From: Obrimoposthia wandeli
Taxonomy: Eukaryota
DNA length: 64,000 bases
Assembly (NCBI GenBank): GCA_977020255.1
Contig: CDROCS010001822.1
Location: 124,001-188,000, forward strand
Direction: 5' to 3'
Shown: positions 33,601 to 38,737 of the stretch, piece by piece
Position numbering within the stretch: the first letter of the stretch is position 1
How the letters are laid out: every line of letters starts with the position of its first letter
Made by a program: the position numbers and the translations under genes
Notes under the pieces: model-generated
What the model saw: only the letters and a program-made list of their open reading frames with translations
Databases searched by the model: none
Told to the model about the DNA's origin: nothing

Positions 33601-33899
33601 CAGAAGCGAAAGAAAAAGAGCTCAATTCCAGAAACCAAAGTACAATTATTAAGAGGACAAGAGTGAGGGGAACGATCCCACTAGATCCCAAACATCATTT
33701 CCAATCCAAAATAATAATACCTGTTCCATCAGAAACAAAACACCCAAATCCAAGAATTTTTAGAAAATCGGACATAATACATGGAAATCGATCAAAACCC
33801 ATGGAAATGTCATTCGAACCGACAAACAACAAAATGAAGTATGATTATAAATCATCAGACAACGGAATAACAGCGGTCAATGCTCTAATGTTCTATTGA
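18669..33899 (+). CDS. pol: 5,076-aa Gag(NC)-accessory-Env-Pol-accessory polyprotein; the frame opens at 18645
   Basis: Uninterrupted 15.2-kb ORF with the CCHC, protease, RT (YIDD), RNase H and integrase motifs plus the cargo domains listed separately. Confidence 0.96.
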   Translation: MAIYAMTAGDDDKTKVFVNKTEPSNFQNRNYGQNKFEKVDESSNGNRDNFRSRNRDDSRGRNNSESWNRNRDDSRGRNNNDSWNRNRDDSRNRFNRDNSGNRQPWRGDDRNYNANRGERSDSRFGNNTGNSDGRFNNRGSGFESNFRRNYFRGRYDNRQNSRRVQFEDEQNKIDIRGRIMCYTCKQMGHYSRDCTRSKEFGTNRFGNNNFGNNNFGNNYRGYNSPPPWNRGGGYTPQPWRPNNQYTDRQQSPGRYNNYADRQQGAERYNNYVGQQGAERYNNSGRYNNNNVDKTNSRESSPKPKGNFSYVSDDSDRNRETELRREIDFEDSDSKFERMLGIIKDSPHTKMANSSTLSKQEKSLHSREDMNDLMNKILEAYETPIEKTCNAQPMIEHVEAARNATSMENVKKIISEAKETLNQPLDETSEAPEVLAKLQTIKVHRLEEVRAELVKHSHDNLDYKEVPRGLLKGYGRYVQRSNQKGTMKISLRLISGQIIHEKLNVYQTMKTIRKKLAEKLEIDGMNMLFHYKGRSLDDEDVPVECGYPIGNELEEKIDVITVGRQELVDNEGLTEILNSALEMIKTPIEILDSSSESGDNDVAEAWNKTSTPEPYVAELQDMNLENELTTPVVEVPPEPDIIQIRQDEVTDTANQVRQNETVTQLVGEDEVSEIVDLDSPIWHAAYRDRQAEQMMRQNEEIGHEEGPSHEIQYNGEPYDPGENQTEYQYFRRGPGRPRKGESILRNVLTAPQTDEERHLSIGQLAASLEQYSAERNEDIRGDMNSETPSSKDILTGILRQVKPKLFKMYRDETTDITDNLTKAVRSQMSAVKRMTANHVYHASIDRFYDGEVLARLCGNQTTNKKLITAITYLCFQLTERTSQPHEVKQGINEAMYLIENVLQRRIDENGGWAKLSDYAKTILEMNEDDDEQCHENRQKENKQYRPKERNNQPNMSTTMMMMMLVMFMGMQQASGLIAYDCSIPKMGQKYSLLDSEDCPESQPSKLEVKGVENYFVYQDVDKVQVEVKECSIHSSYHEFYCGHRSFMSEITPTTPYKAHKVLPRDCEDAFRTGTIEVDKNYKPDVKIGVRRYETVTRVGQRWADGSCNGGTKNVRGTKVTALVMDVTYKIELKTWTANFDKKTQLMMTYPECKMTDTSCFTGESTIVYQVNPKQCSLVFLKEISFNKIKGFLYNRDGEGFLYNKVGKGLLNETRPIPMTKTPTLLMATSIEEGLIFIKKRNKTRCGMTVSTTNYPGIVLSKEAIALAETKLKPKNMQLHTYFSNKIDFYYHKGLMQMEQLYRMMIERDCQLNKEIVRTKLALAITNPDMVAPLLPLDEGVFAKTMGEVLYTYKCNKVEVQLRTTNRCTSELAVTYNLKDLFVEPITRMILPKDTPTKEISCSNIMAPEYQMTNDLWITLPDRKPTKTPAMIRMTNLKGKMKFQAVENMENAGLYNEKDLKAAWNEIMFPVKRARVLTEMVHRALPPGARYANFDMLLSPSHFKEAAHQTLRKMWGKFLVLGQLFSGIIGIYVIIKFVQVIIAQVLSTYSLYRITGITWQLIIGCFPFLAKYLMHHHHENELRALKKEQHQTRTMMREPRNYRDDNDDDNDSPGVYAKIPGKPKIPLPDKEEVALNLYPMKELKEEKEKFKRGILMIRWPKVSYSEIPQAEEKDKKDNSRRILKSRISNENPNAPPQVAVTLNGREYLAEVDTGSAVSVLSKEILSSKELREVCPRKQTFVNVNGTDVVSEGTLKCSLNIDGRALQLNARIFTDCGSPVMIWMDVIRMFEGIIILPNNKSYKNDSSVREIKMLRGPIVEKEKYTTFRMGNSYQDKKQEALVKSILHYKNVNLGPQEMTRRKITYVNLSERDPMRFERKRRNILELYYSKEMARKMARSGLEMLNATSSYGHEIVVRCVWCRVKFREWEKNENPMRRHKRDAPNCPFLLKLKTSNVPEIQTGKVPDFDYSDGIPKGESALITGRVITNSRIEDIFEVMREVNECDEQYREVTFEDPRLKKLAKKGLFAIKKDGKDVIKCHKCKKERIIDRYTLELPNKILHHEFCEFGMLKNKIKQKEQKTECIIEYQITRKEILAQQDTPVVSFVRRLYPKEAERIRELVELKIKTTRNGYGSIFELLRDKDDSTIETKEKEYINELEYVLEDPECAVCMVNKIEVAFLPCGHVRTCRRCANEMVSCPICRRIIDRQVRNIRFHYPNIGSGLTECNNSINTIYHMGNINGAQRPAAIIRVNNLRVKALIDTGAVASIVSEDCLTEEQKRTMAEPDEFLVSVNGDPVKVTGILPCTFIIGRNTITIPVRIMKECPEPTILGMDVLSQLKGISIDLQDPRLKDSTSNRQINQIDVIIENPIKIGKRSQFLIQGHTLSEDKGPVVFEPSRDFIEKYELPVVSTVCLIENHKIPVRLMNTTNNDILLYRGMRLGKIAQMENPTVCATKLDKDTNDYEEIVIQSERLTTREKKQLLDLIHKFPKVIAKNPYDIGETPVIKHTIPLTEDKVVRRRPYRVPLQLQDEVKSQIEDMSKTGVIRPSFSPFSAPVVLVKKKDGKMRFCIDFRELNKITRKDVYPLPRIEEMLDKLGNSDYFTTLDLQSGYWQIEIEEEDKHKTAFSCGDGLYECEKMPFGLTGAPATFQRCMNFVLASCANTMVYIDDIIIFSKTFEEHLKNLEVVFKRLENAKLKVKPTKCEWAKERVTFLGHIVSKEGIRPDPAKIEKVKAHLAPKTVKEIQSFLGLANYYRRFVEHFSDIATPLRKLTRKDEKFIWGEEAQQAFEHLKERLIKEPILAFPDINRQFILMTDASNYAVGAVLGQEDDEGREHVIAYASRGLNRAERGYSVIEKECLAIVYSCRQYRHYLLGQKVFLYTDHKPLQFLYKHRDEMSRLNRWFLKLAEFDLEIRYRTGKSNGNADCLSRLTNVDEKGNIIPEEKQDETNDQKGEANLLTILLKTVKIDKEIIKEQKEDEELSLIKELLVKGDLNDEMTKKYSIKEGILYIVNNVGKIVVVIPKSLKTAVMIQYHDGTLGGHLSGRKTIARIKEKYHWDGMEDDIKQWCKQCKVCLTRKDTGTRTKVPLKPMPVPLAPMEFIAMDILGPLRESSKGNKYVIVFTDYMTRWVEAYPMQNQKAETIAQILVEEIIFRYGVPRKLLTDQGKNFTGEVIKAVSKIFGIMKLQTSPYHPQTDGLVERFNKTLCMMVQSYCSDKQEDWDKYLPSCLYAYRNSVREATGHTPFYLMYLRQNNMPMDLEWTEPTSQYLETEQYIVVMKERLQDAWTKAGLKLKFNQEGYKEQYDKKAKPHEFRVGDQVMIFYPVIEPGLLFKLHRPYKGPYKVIQTTSTNLKVINEENRNKEPMIVHANRCKLVPNKDNASRYELRSQKSKSNTNTIKLTRMVSDRNYINMMTSGSEKKPARIGMLRMKYQEEKEVIRHIAPQEILEEDEEIIVVFEKTQPTDVAKEVIVKDALTNEFLCELRVSYYDGNTLVAALYQNSNVFTTEKVLIEITLTPNIVAWQNYDSTEAGLASQEEKEPAGGHILHGTPKRLKQEYPDVIMVLRNSHGKRDIMRVHLIDADTEKIICQMDTKYFDGKTIVCCIPESHRLDTDQTEVSVRLSVIEGFHSPTHPEVTNNKIIKATAELRIDSGYRKWEAKNKKPQRINMIREQVTNSIQPKYHAEIVSSAPSVITSINDEIIILLKNRWPSSTEIRVNLINYAKTPISKLNVTYFDGLSIMGKLETIVMCYGAQFQVEILKDSVIPYPIHKYEGKINPIILTPSLISVQTDIPEYPSSESSEDSEPESNDTESTESEDNIIERFGRTMEVEFAKESRKRQNIEFVKQNIQERRIKSAEETESEEDSTKEQTSETKMNISPAIRMLRGKKLAKLSNIDEQIEKRLERLKLEESELMPPMSEIITGKLYLGNVEDATDEKKLLEQGITYVINVTMNHKSQYQTIRAMTLRVKDSMDANLLEWFVETNEILHRELRNQGKVLVHCQKGISRSATLVLAYLIKTRRMQVLEALKYLQERRSIANPNLNFLGQLANYQLLLQEQRRMDNIPEDPKEKNFLQALSLTGLFLAGVDKITQIMPKVFLCHPGDIDTAGLKFHSINRVINIVEVGNEIISLCQNTEDDTTRYIHASNREINDAQQHLTKLTQTIQAEVTEGNGVLIYQKKGTMLAPTIGVSLLVEYHGHTPEEAMVYIKQNRPNTEFKPLLVREIEKYTEKRKQQRETNEATTTVPSFQYQRLLAIGLLSCLMPITGAQEIGSNHGNSSWFNEIHNYTIQYHTPALMMLLVLLGLIDVWIIRKCLRSMRTDSKRFQFVKMKRPNGPTNKVLVYLDERIEDNIVNEAIFYPQNRILNQFRIDYEADRQRTLDRISTTFAGCKRRKRVVKEIQKDADTKGPTYIFDGDVIKTREYGSKRVIIETMEGHKTCFGKLTIQGNPVQLIIGKNGIEEMSKQRQITKRSNQKQISLKRLIIKTLCKRSVKALCTVAQGLIYGVVIGLVLQAMPTSKAELMTLSEYNLHLRNLDNTLEIIKTSHSKAVMIMCVKGCPGRMCIVPATEMITLNGHYGISVVTCEDYIFGQTKIVLLSDMSNQSAHKFKILTIKSKGIPAVRYGILELVNPILALIIGLIILILLILFCCTKIELRSKKKRHDLARRTGQMNLQKFNTIIPRPPFLDEPAPEYQPTIYEHIEERPYYMSNLTCFIEVPEFRNRTIIGIMLIIQITTTKASYEIMISKWRQDVIRAVYIEIALLKTNHVVDIHLQTSATDNIDQKLYVIRQVRIKIDQSTPDYNLILLYHERVLYLRITISKRKRIIQSIRTKSLILPRDERIWKIVDRIMITGRRRKAVWNSVRIFFRLLETDRVTVMCPNSDGGIRFEIQSQMLVPHFNTECLCNRISSNTTETSTIIMIITGEIFYITLRYQNRRFRRSGISIKPRKIIPKRPILVKKKAKVIESKRHSKKPTVIRTKTEAKEKELNSRNQSTIIKRTRVRGTIPLDPKHHFQSKIIIPVPSETKHPNPRIFRKSDIIHGNRSKPMEMSFEPTNNKMKYDYKSSDNGITAVNALMFY
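19209..19250 (+). other. CCHC zinc knuckle (nucleocapsid)
   Basis: CYTCKQMGHYSRDC within an R/N/D/G-rich region. Confidence 0.95.
20124..20354 (+). other. Ubiquitin/SUMO-like domain in polyprotein
   Basis: MKISLRLISGQIIHEKLNVYQTMKTIRKKLAEKLEIDGMNMLFHYKGRSLDDED follows the beta-grasp pattern; no C-terminal GG. Confidence 0.7.
21030..21440 (+). other. Bcl-2-like helical domain (divergent)
   Basis: BH2-like RRIDENGGWAKLSDY; the BH1-equivalent helix TTNKKLITAITYLCFQL lacks NWGR. Confidence 0.55.
21528..23384 (+). other. env: Internal signal peptide plus chuvirus-type viral envelope glycoprotein with C-terminal membrane segments
   Basis: MSTTMMMMMLVMFMGMQQASG|LIAYDC...YSLLDSEDC; Cys-rich ectodomain with N-glycosylation sequons; KIDFYYHK...CQL; GEVLYTYKC; W-GKFLVLGQLFSGIIGIYVIIKF...YSLYRITGITW. 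This matches the recalled pattern of chuvirus-like glycoproteins. Confidence 0.78.
23745..24047 (+). other. Aspartic protease copy 1 (DTG intact, ILG motif altered to MIW)
   Basis: AEVDTGSAVSVLS at 23796; PVMIWMDVI at ~24000. Confidence 0.88.
24279..24506 (+). other. BIR domain (canonical CX2C-X16-H-X6-C)
   Basis: MARSGL...VRCVWCRVKFREWEKNENPMRRHKRDAPNCPFL. Confidence 0.92.
24687..24863 (+). other. Second, degenerate BIR-like domain
   Basis: LAKKGLF...DVIKCHKCKKE...HHEFCEF. Confidence 0.6.
25158..25290 (+). other. IAP-type C3HC4 RING finger
   Basis: CAVCMVNKIEVAFLPCGHVRTCRRCANEMVSCPICRRII. Confidence 0.93.
25389..25700 (+). other. Aspartic protease copy 2 (canonical)
   Basis: KALIDTGAVASIVS at 25440; PTILGMDVL at 25644. 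Confidence 0.93.
25755..25990 (+). other. dUTPase-like remnant between protease and RT
   Basis: IPVRLMNTTNNDILLYRGMRLGKI resembles the dUTPase-fold C-terminal strands found in many animal gypsy elements. Confidence 0.45.
26151..26813 (+). other. Reverse transcriptase core
   Basis: SPFSAPVVLVKKKDG, RFCIDFRELN, LDLQSGYWQ, MPFGLTGAPATFQR, YIDD (26655). Confidence 0.98.
27087..27449 (+). other. RNase H
   Basis: TDASNYAVGAVL, YSVIEKECLAIV, TDHKPL, NADCLSR. Confidence 0.96.
27720..28823 (+). other. Integrase (HHCC, DDE core, GPY/F module)
   Basis: YHDGTLGGH...CKQCKVC; MDILGP; TDQG; DGLVERFN; GPYKV; ends RYELRS. Confidence 0.96.
28947..29942 (+). other. Three ~85-aa beta-rich repeats, Ig/IPT(TIG)-like
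   Basis: Shared pattern I..xP..I....E(V/I)I(I/V)xL.N......V.L.......I..L...Y(Y/F)DG.T(L/I): SYYDGNTLV, KYFDGKTIV, TYFDGLSIM. Confidence 0.55.
30408..30830 (+). other. Dual-specificity protein phosphatase, catalytically intact
   Basis: LYLGN, VINVT, VKDS, VLVHCQKGISRSATLVLAYL (HCX5R at 30657), NPNLNFLGQL. Confidence 0.94.
30924..31343 (+). other. Second dual-specificity-phosphatase fold lacking catalytic residues (pseudophosphatase)
   Basis: ITQIMPKVFL...INRVINI...GVLIYQKKGTMLAPT...EEAMVYIKQNRP; HCX5R is replaced by YQKKGTML. Confidence 0.75.
31413..32765 (+). other. Membrane-protein region with alternating signal-like and transmembrane segments
   Basis: Hydrophobic stretches at 31413-31463, 31539-31592, 32139-32219 and 32532-32609; a small Cys-containing ectodomain; tail PAPEYQPTIYEHI. 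Confidence 0.6.
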
Positions 33900-34153
33900 C
33901 AATCGTGTGCGTGAAAGGCAGTCAAGTATGCCCAAGAATACGACGAAAATGCGAAGGATTGCGATGCTGTGACACACCCACCATGGAGGAAGTGGAATTA
34001 GACTTACCTCCGCCTCCCATCAAGATATGATAAGTCAGAGGAGGTTGTAGATAAATTAGTGTGTGAAATATGTAGAAATATCTAGAAGCGATTGTACAAA
34101 TAGTAGAAATATATAAAACTCATGTAGAAATTAATCATCATCATGTATTTAGA

Positions 34154-34453
34154 ATGTCCGAAGAATGCCCAATATGTTTGGAAGATCTAACCGAACGAAG
34201 AACAAGACCCGAAACCTGCAACCATTTACACCACGAGGAATGTTTATCGACATAGATCAGAACTTATGGACAGTTCGGACATCCAACATACCCTTGTTGC
34301 CCTGTATGCAGAAGACAATTCGCAAGATTCATCATGTTAGAACCCAACCAAGAGGATGTATATGTACAGGTGGTATTCTGTTGGAAGAATTTCGGAGAGT
34401 GTTGGTGTTATTACTGTTTGTCAGAACGACAAAATCCGACCACTTTTGTGTAA
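34154..34453 (+). pseudogene. RING-H2 accessory gene 1 with an in-frame TAG at 34253 (W codon in paralog)
   Basis: MSEECPICLEDL...TCNHLHHEECLST*IRTY...CPVCRRQF...FCWKNFGECWCYYC is colinear with gene 2. Confidence 0.85.
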
Positions 34454-34513
34454 ACATCACACAACCACCAGTCCTCAATCGAGCCCAAATTCAACATCAA
34501 CCCTCTCACAGTA

Positions 34514-34819
34514 ATGTCTGGAGAATGTTCCATCTGCTACGAGAGCATCATGGACTTCTACACCAAGCCCAACAACTGCGACCACCTCTTCCACGTCGAA
34601 TGCCTCGAGACGTGGATCCCCATCGCCAACAGCAACAATCCCCTCGACTTCCCAACCTGCCCGATGTGTAGAGCGACCTTCTCAGTACACTACGTGTACA
34701 ACCAGGACAGCCTCCAAGCAGTGGTACCCATAGTACACTGCTGGAAAACCATCTGCGATTGCTGGTGCTCGTTCTGCGTGGAGGAGCGAAGCACAGGCCA
34801 GCCCAATTCCCAACAATAA
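34514..34819 (+). CDS. RING-H2 accessory gene 2 (101 aa, putative E3 ligase)
   Basis: CSIC...CDHLFHVECLETW...CPMC, followed by the extra Cys cluster HCWKTICDCWCSFC. Confidence 0.88.
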   Translation: MSGECSICYESIMDFYTKPNNCDHLFHVECLETWIPIANSNNPLDFPTCPMCRATFSVHYVYNQDSLQAVVPIVHCWKTICDCWCSFCVEERSTGQPNSQQ

Positions 34820-35158
34820 TCGAAGGTAACTTTCTGACTTGAACGTGACATCATGAACTACCCTGTGTATCGCATACCGCGATAAATTAGCTACCATAAT
34901 TGTAATCATAATTATATAATCTTGTGAACTGTAAATTGACCATTACCATTTTTATGTATGATGTTTAACTGAAATTGTAATTATTATACTGAAATTCTAA
35001 AAAGACAATTTTTATGCTTAGTGTGAATGTGTAAACATGCCTAAAATCGGAACAAAACTCGGTAGGATTAAATAACTAAGGATTCGTTTTGAAATAAAAT
35101 TTAAATTAACGATGAGAACGGTGAACCCCAAATTGAAAGGAGTTATTTTCTTGTGCAG

Positions 35159-35656
35159 ATGAAGTGTACCGTCTGCCTCGAGAAAATTTGGACGGCATCG
35201 GCATCCCCTGTCGGCTGCCGTCACAAATTCCACGAATCATGCCTATATACTTGGGCCCGACTTCGACCCGAAGGACACGTAAATTGTCCATTGTGCCGTA
35301 CTCCCTTCGCGGAATGGACACTGCAGTGTCGAGGGCGCCACAAGGGCACCCATTCGCTCACCAGCTGTATTGGTGGCGAGCACTGCCATTGCCCCAATTG
35401 TATCGCGCGCCGTCGCGATGCAAAACTCGCTCTCCGCGAGAAATATCGGTCAACTCGCGACCCCCGCTCATGGCAGCGTGGCCGTCAAATATGGCTCGAG
35501 AATCGCGGAGTACACGGGCGGTACACGACCATTTTTCACCCGAGCCAACATCTCACCATGCGCCAGCAGATGATACTGTACAATGGCGGCCCACCATCGT
35601 ATCCAGAACTACCACTGGAGCAGGTCTTGCTGTTCCTGAAGGACAGGAACGGTTGA
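35159..35656 (+). CDS. RING-H2 accessory gene 3 (165 aa, putative E3 ligase)
   Basis: CTVC...CRHKFHESCLYTW...CPLC, plus HCHCPNC; ATG directly follows TTTTCTTGTGCAG. Confidence 0.88.
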   Translation: MKCTVCLEKIWTASASPVGCRHKFHESCLYTWARLRPEGHVNCPLCRTPFAEWTLQCRGRHKGTHSLTSCIGGEHCHCPNCIARRRDAKLALREKYRSTRDPRSWQRGRQIWLENRGVHGRYTTIFHPSQHLTMRQQMILYNGGPPSYPELPLEQVLLFLKDRNG

Positions 35657-36478
35657 CATATCCCTGACAATCTTGTTGACAGATCCCTGACAATCACCCT
35701 TAATCTTTTCTTGTGTGTAAATTTTTAGTTGTGATAAGTAATAATGTATGGTTTGAGACTTGCTCCAAATTATACATTATGATTCCCACTAAAAACCGGG
35801 GTTTTGAAAAATTTTGTTTTGGGCATGTTTGATGAGTTGAATGATTGATTTTGTAGGGATGAACCTAAAATCAACAGCCAGAGGCTTGTATAAGTAAAAT
35901 CGATACGTTCCGGGGACGTAACTTTTTTGGAACCCCCGAGGTATGTTAGGTTTAAGAATTAAGAAATTAAAATAATTTAGTCGATTAAATACTAAAATAA
36001 AAATCCTTGAAAGCAAGGTTGAAAATTAAATTAAATATTAATTTTAGATTCAAAATTGAAATTAGTGGAAGTTAGGATAAAAATTAGGAGGACCACGAAG
36101 GTCGTGTATAGTGTAGGATATATAAGGTTAGATTAATTAACCCAAAAGTGCAACAAAAAGCACATAATTAAAGGAAAAGCAAAAGGAAACAATTGAGAAA
36201 ATCGAACGTCAATCAAGGTAAGCACTTTTTCGTGCAGTTAAATTGGAGTAACTAAATTATTTTTCAGCTGCCGCCAAAACTCCAGTTGAAACAGCTGTCG
36301 ACATTGCTGATTGACAGCCAGGAGTTGCAGAAATCGACTATAAAAGTCGTCGACCAAAAAACAAATAGACACGAAAGAAAAAATCAATATCCCAAATCTA
36401 CTGAAGGGAATCGACCACATATTGGTAAGTGAGATTTGGTGAAATTTGGATTAACTTATTGTAGATCACAAGTCTATT

Positions 36479-36975
36479 GCCAATATCGTTTGAAAGAAAT
36501 ATCGTTAAATATTGCCAATATCGTTTGAAAGAAATATCGTTAAATATTGCCAATATCGTTTGAAAGAAATATCGTTAAATATTGCCAATATCGTTTGAAA
36601 GAAATATCGTTAAATTTTGCCAATATCGTTTGAAAGAAATATCGCTAAATATTGCCAATATCGTTTGAAAGAAATATCGTTAAATTTTGCCAATATCGTT
36701 TGAAAGAAATATCGTTAAATATTGCCAATATCGTTTGAAAGAAATATCGTTAAATATTGCCAATATCGTTTGAAAGAAATATCGTTAAATTTTGCCAATA
36801 TCGTTTGAAAGAAATATCGCTAAATATTGCCAATATCGTTTGAAAGAAATATCGTTAAATTTTGCCAATATCGTTTGAAAGAAATATCGTTAAATATTGC
36901 CAATATCGTTTGAAAGAAATATCGTTAAATTTTGCCAATATCGTTTGAAAGAAATATCGCTAAATATTGCCAATA
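36479..36975 (+). repeat. 35-bp tandem repeat in 3' LTR, 14 full copies plus a partial
   Basis: Unit starts at 36479, 36514 ... 36934; partial at 36969. Confidence 0.97.
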
Positions 36976-37076
36976 CATTGTTAAAAGAAGCCGATCGTCG
37001 CAATATTCCCAAACTACCTACGGATCCTGTACCGGAATTTCAAGCAGCATATAGGTAAGAACACCGACTAAAGCAT

Positions 37077-37517
37077 TCATTGCCCCTAGTTGGCAATTAG
37101 GATACATTCATTGCCCCTTGTTGGTAATTCGAAATTGTAATATATTTTAACCATATTCATTGTCCCTAGCTGACAATTAGGATTGCTGTCTCTTTAACCA
37201 AATCATTGTCCCTAGTTGACAATTAGGATTGTCCATTTTATTCATTGTCCCCAGTTGACAATTAGGAATTGTACGAGTTTTTTCCCGTAAGATTCATTGT
37301 CCCTAGCTGACAATTCGGTTCACTCATTGTCCCTAGTTGACAATTCGGAACAAATACTCATTGTCCCTAGTTGACAATTCGGAACAAATACTCATTGTCC
37401 CTAGTTGACAATTCGGAACCAACACTCATTGTCCTAGTTGACAATTCGGAGTAAGTTTTCATTGTCATCGTTGACAATTAGGTTTTTAGGAGAATCATTG
37501 TCCACAGTGGACAATTC
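37077..37517 (+). repeat. Palindromic-unit array in 3' LTR
   Basis: Copy of 15624-16060. Confidence 0.9.
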
Positions 37518-38029
37518 GTGGTTAAATACACAACAGATAGAGTTACGGATTCAAGAAACTTTATCCACACATAAGAAGTTGAGTCGAAGAAATTTAAGAG
37601 GGTTGCGTTATAGATTAACCAACCTAGGAAGAAGAATAACCCTAAAATCTCGATCACCCGAACGTAAAATCGATACGTGGTTCATCCCCACTTCTTGTAG
37701 AGACTTACAGAAGTCTTAGGAATTTTACCATACTTTTTAGAGATACGTACATAAACGTATTGTTGTGTTTAGTTACGTGAATTACCAATAAACAATTTCC
37801 TACATTAGAACAAGTTGTTTTTGCACCCTTCAGAATAAGAGACATCGAATCAAATACCTTCAGATAGTACAAGAGATAGGCAACCATAACACTAAGTAGG
37901 CCACGACCAACTTTAAGACCTGCTTCTAATCGAACTCACGTTGGGGCCCTCCGCATTTCAGAGGATCTGTACCAAGTTTCGTATAGAAACCCCAACAATC
38001 TTATCTTCATCATAATTCAGCAACTAATC

Positions 38030-38737
38030 TTAGAATCACTTAAATATCATAAATGACATGGACATCTAGTTAATTTGTCTTTCAAACCACTTAATATCAC
38101 AAACCCATATACTTTGCATTTATTCCTTCTCTATCCTTATTCTAAATCAGCTAATATGATAAAAATCATACATACTTATTAATATCCTCTAAAAGTCTCT
38201 TTATAATCCTTCATTGTAATCATTCATCTTATCTTCATCATAATTCAGCAACTAATCTTCATTATCGCTATCCTTCATCTCATCAATGTATTCCTTCACA
38301 AACTAGATGTTTATGTCATTTATGATATTTAGATGATTCTAAAAGACTAATAATAAGTCTTTCTTAGAAGAAAATTATGAGATGTTCAGGAAAATTGTGA
38401 TGTTTTACGAGGAATATTACTAGTATATTATGTATTGATTCTTATTGAAATTGATTCATATATGTTCAGAAGGAGAAATTAACGATATGTTTATAGAATA
38501 GAATTCCCCGAGATGTGATATTTACTGATATTAAGATGGTTTAGAGGATATTTTAACGATTATTAAGAGACTTTTAGAGGATATTAATAAGTATGTATGA
38601 TTTTTATCATATTAGCTGATTTAGAATAAGGATAGAGAAGGAATAAATGCAAAGTATATGGGGTTTGTGATATTAAGTGGTTTGAAAGACAAATTAACTA
38701 GATGTCCATGTCATTTATGATATTTAAGTGATTCTAA
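38030..38737. repeat. Near-perfect ~179-bp inverted repeat (38030-38208 and 38558-38737)
   Basis: tagaatcacttaaatatcataaatgacatggacatctag... is the reverse complement of ...ctagatgtccatgtcatttatgatatttaagtgattcta; one mismatch seen. Confidence 0.92.

Larger units (their letters stand above)
14666..37997 (+). mobile_element. Giant (23,332 bp) envelope-bearing Ty3/gypsy LTR retrotransposon, near-intact (Burro-like)
   Basis: Two near-identical LTRs TGTTAGG...CCCCAACA, TSD ATCT (14662-14665 and 37998-38001), PBS, and gag plus PR-RT-RH-IN in gypsy order. Confidence 0.97.
35944..37997 (+). repeat. 3' LTR (2,054 bp)
   Basis: Same as the 5' LTR except for 14 vs 9 copies of the 35-bp unit, one swapped palindromic unit and two substitutions seen. 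Confidence 0.97.

Noticed and set aside
18337-33691. Numerous 60-165-aa antisense and alternate-frame ORFs inside the polyprotein (e.g. 18787-19188, 25304-25798, 30020-30505)
   Set aside because: Shadow ORFs expected from the codon bias of a long A-rich coding strand; no motifs.
33983-34030. Micro-ORF MEEVELDLPPPPIKI with a good Kozak context
   Set aside because: Only 15 codons and no adjacent acceptor; cannot be supported without conservation data.
34165-34671. 168-aa ORF overlapping RING genes 1 and 2
   Set aside because: No recognisable domain; the RING-H2 frames (34154 and 34514) explain the sequence.
35164-35667. 167-aa alternate-frame ORF over RING gene 3
   Set aside because: GTG start and GC-rich sequence where open frames arise by chance; no motif.
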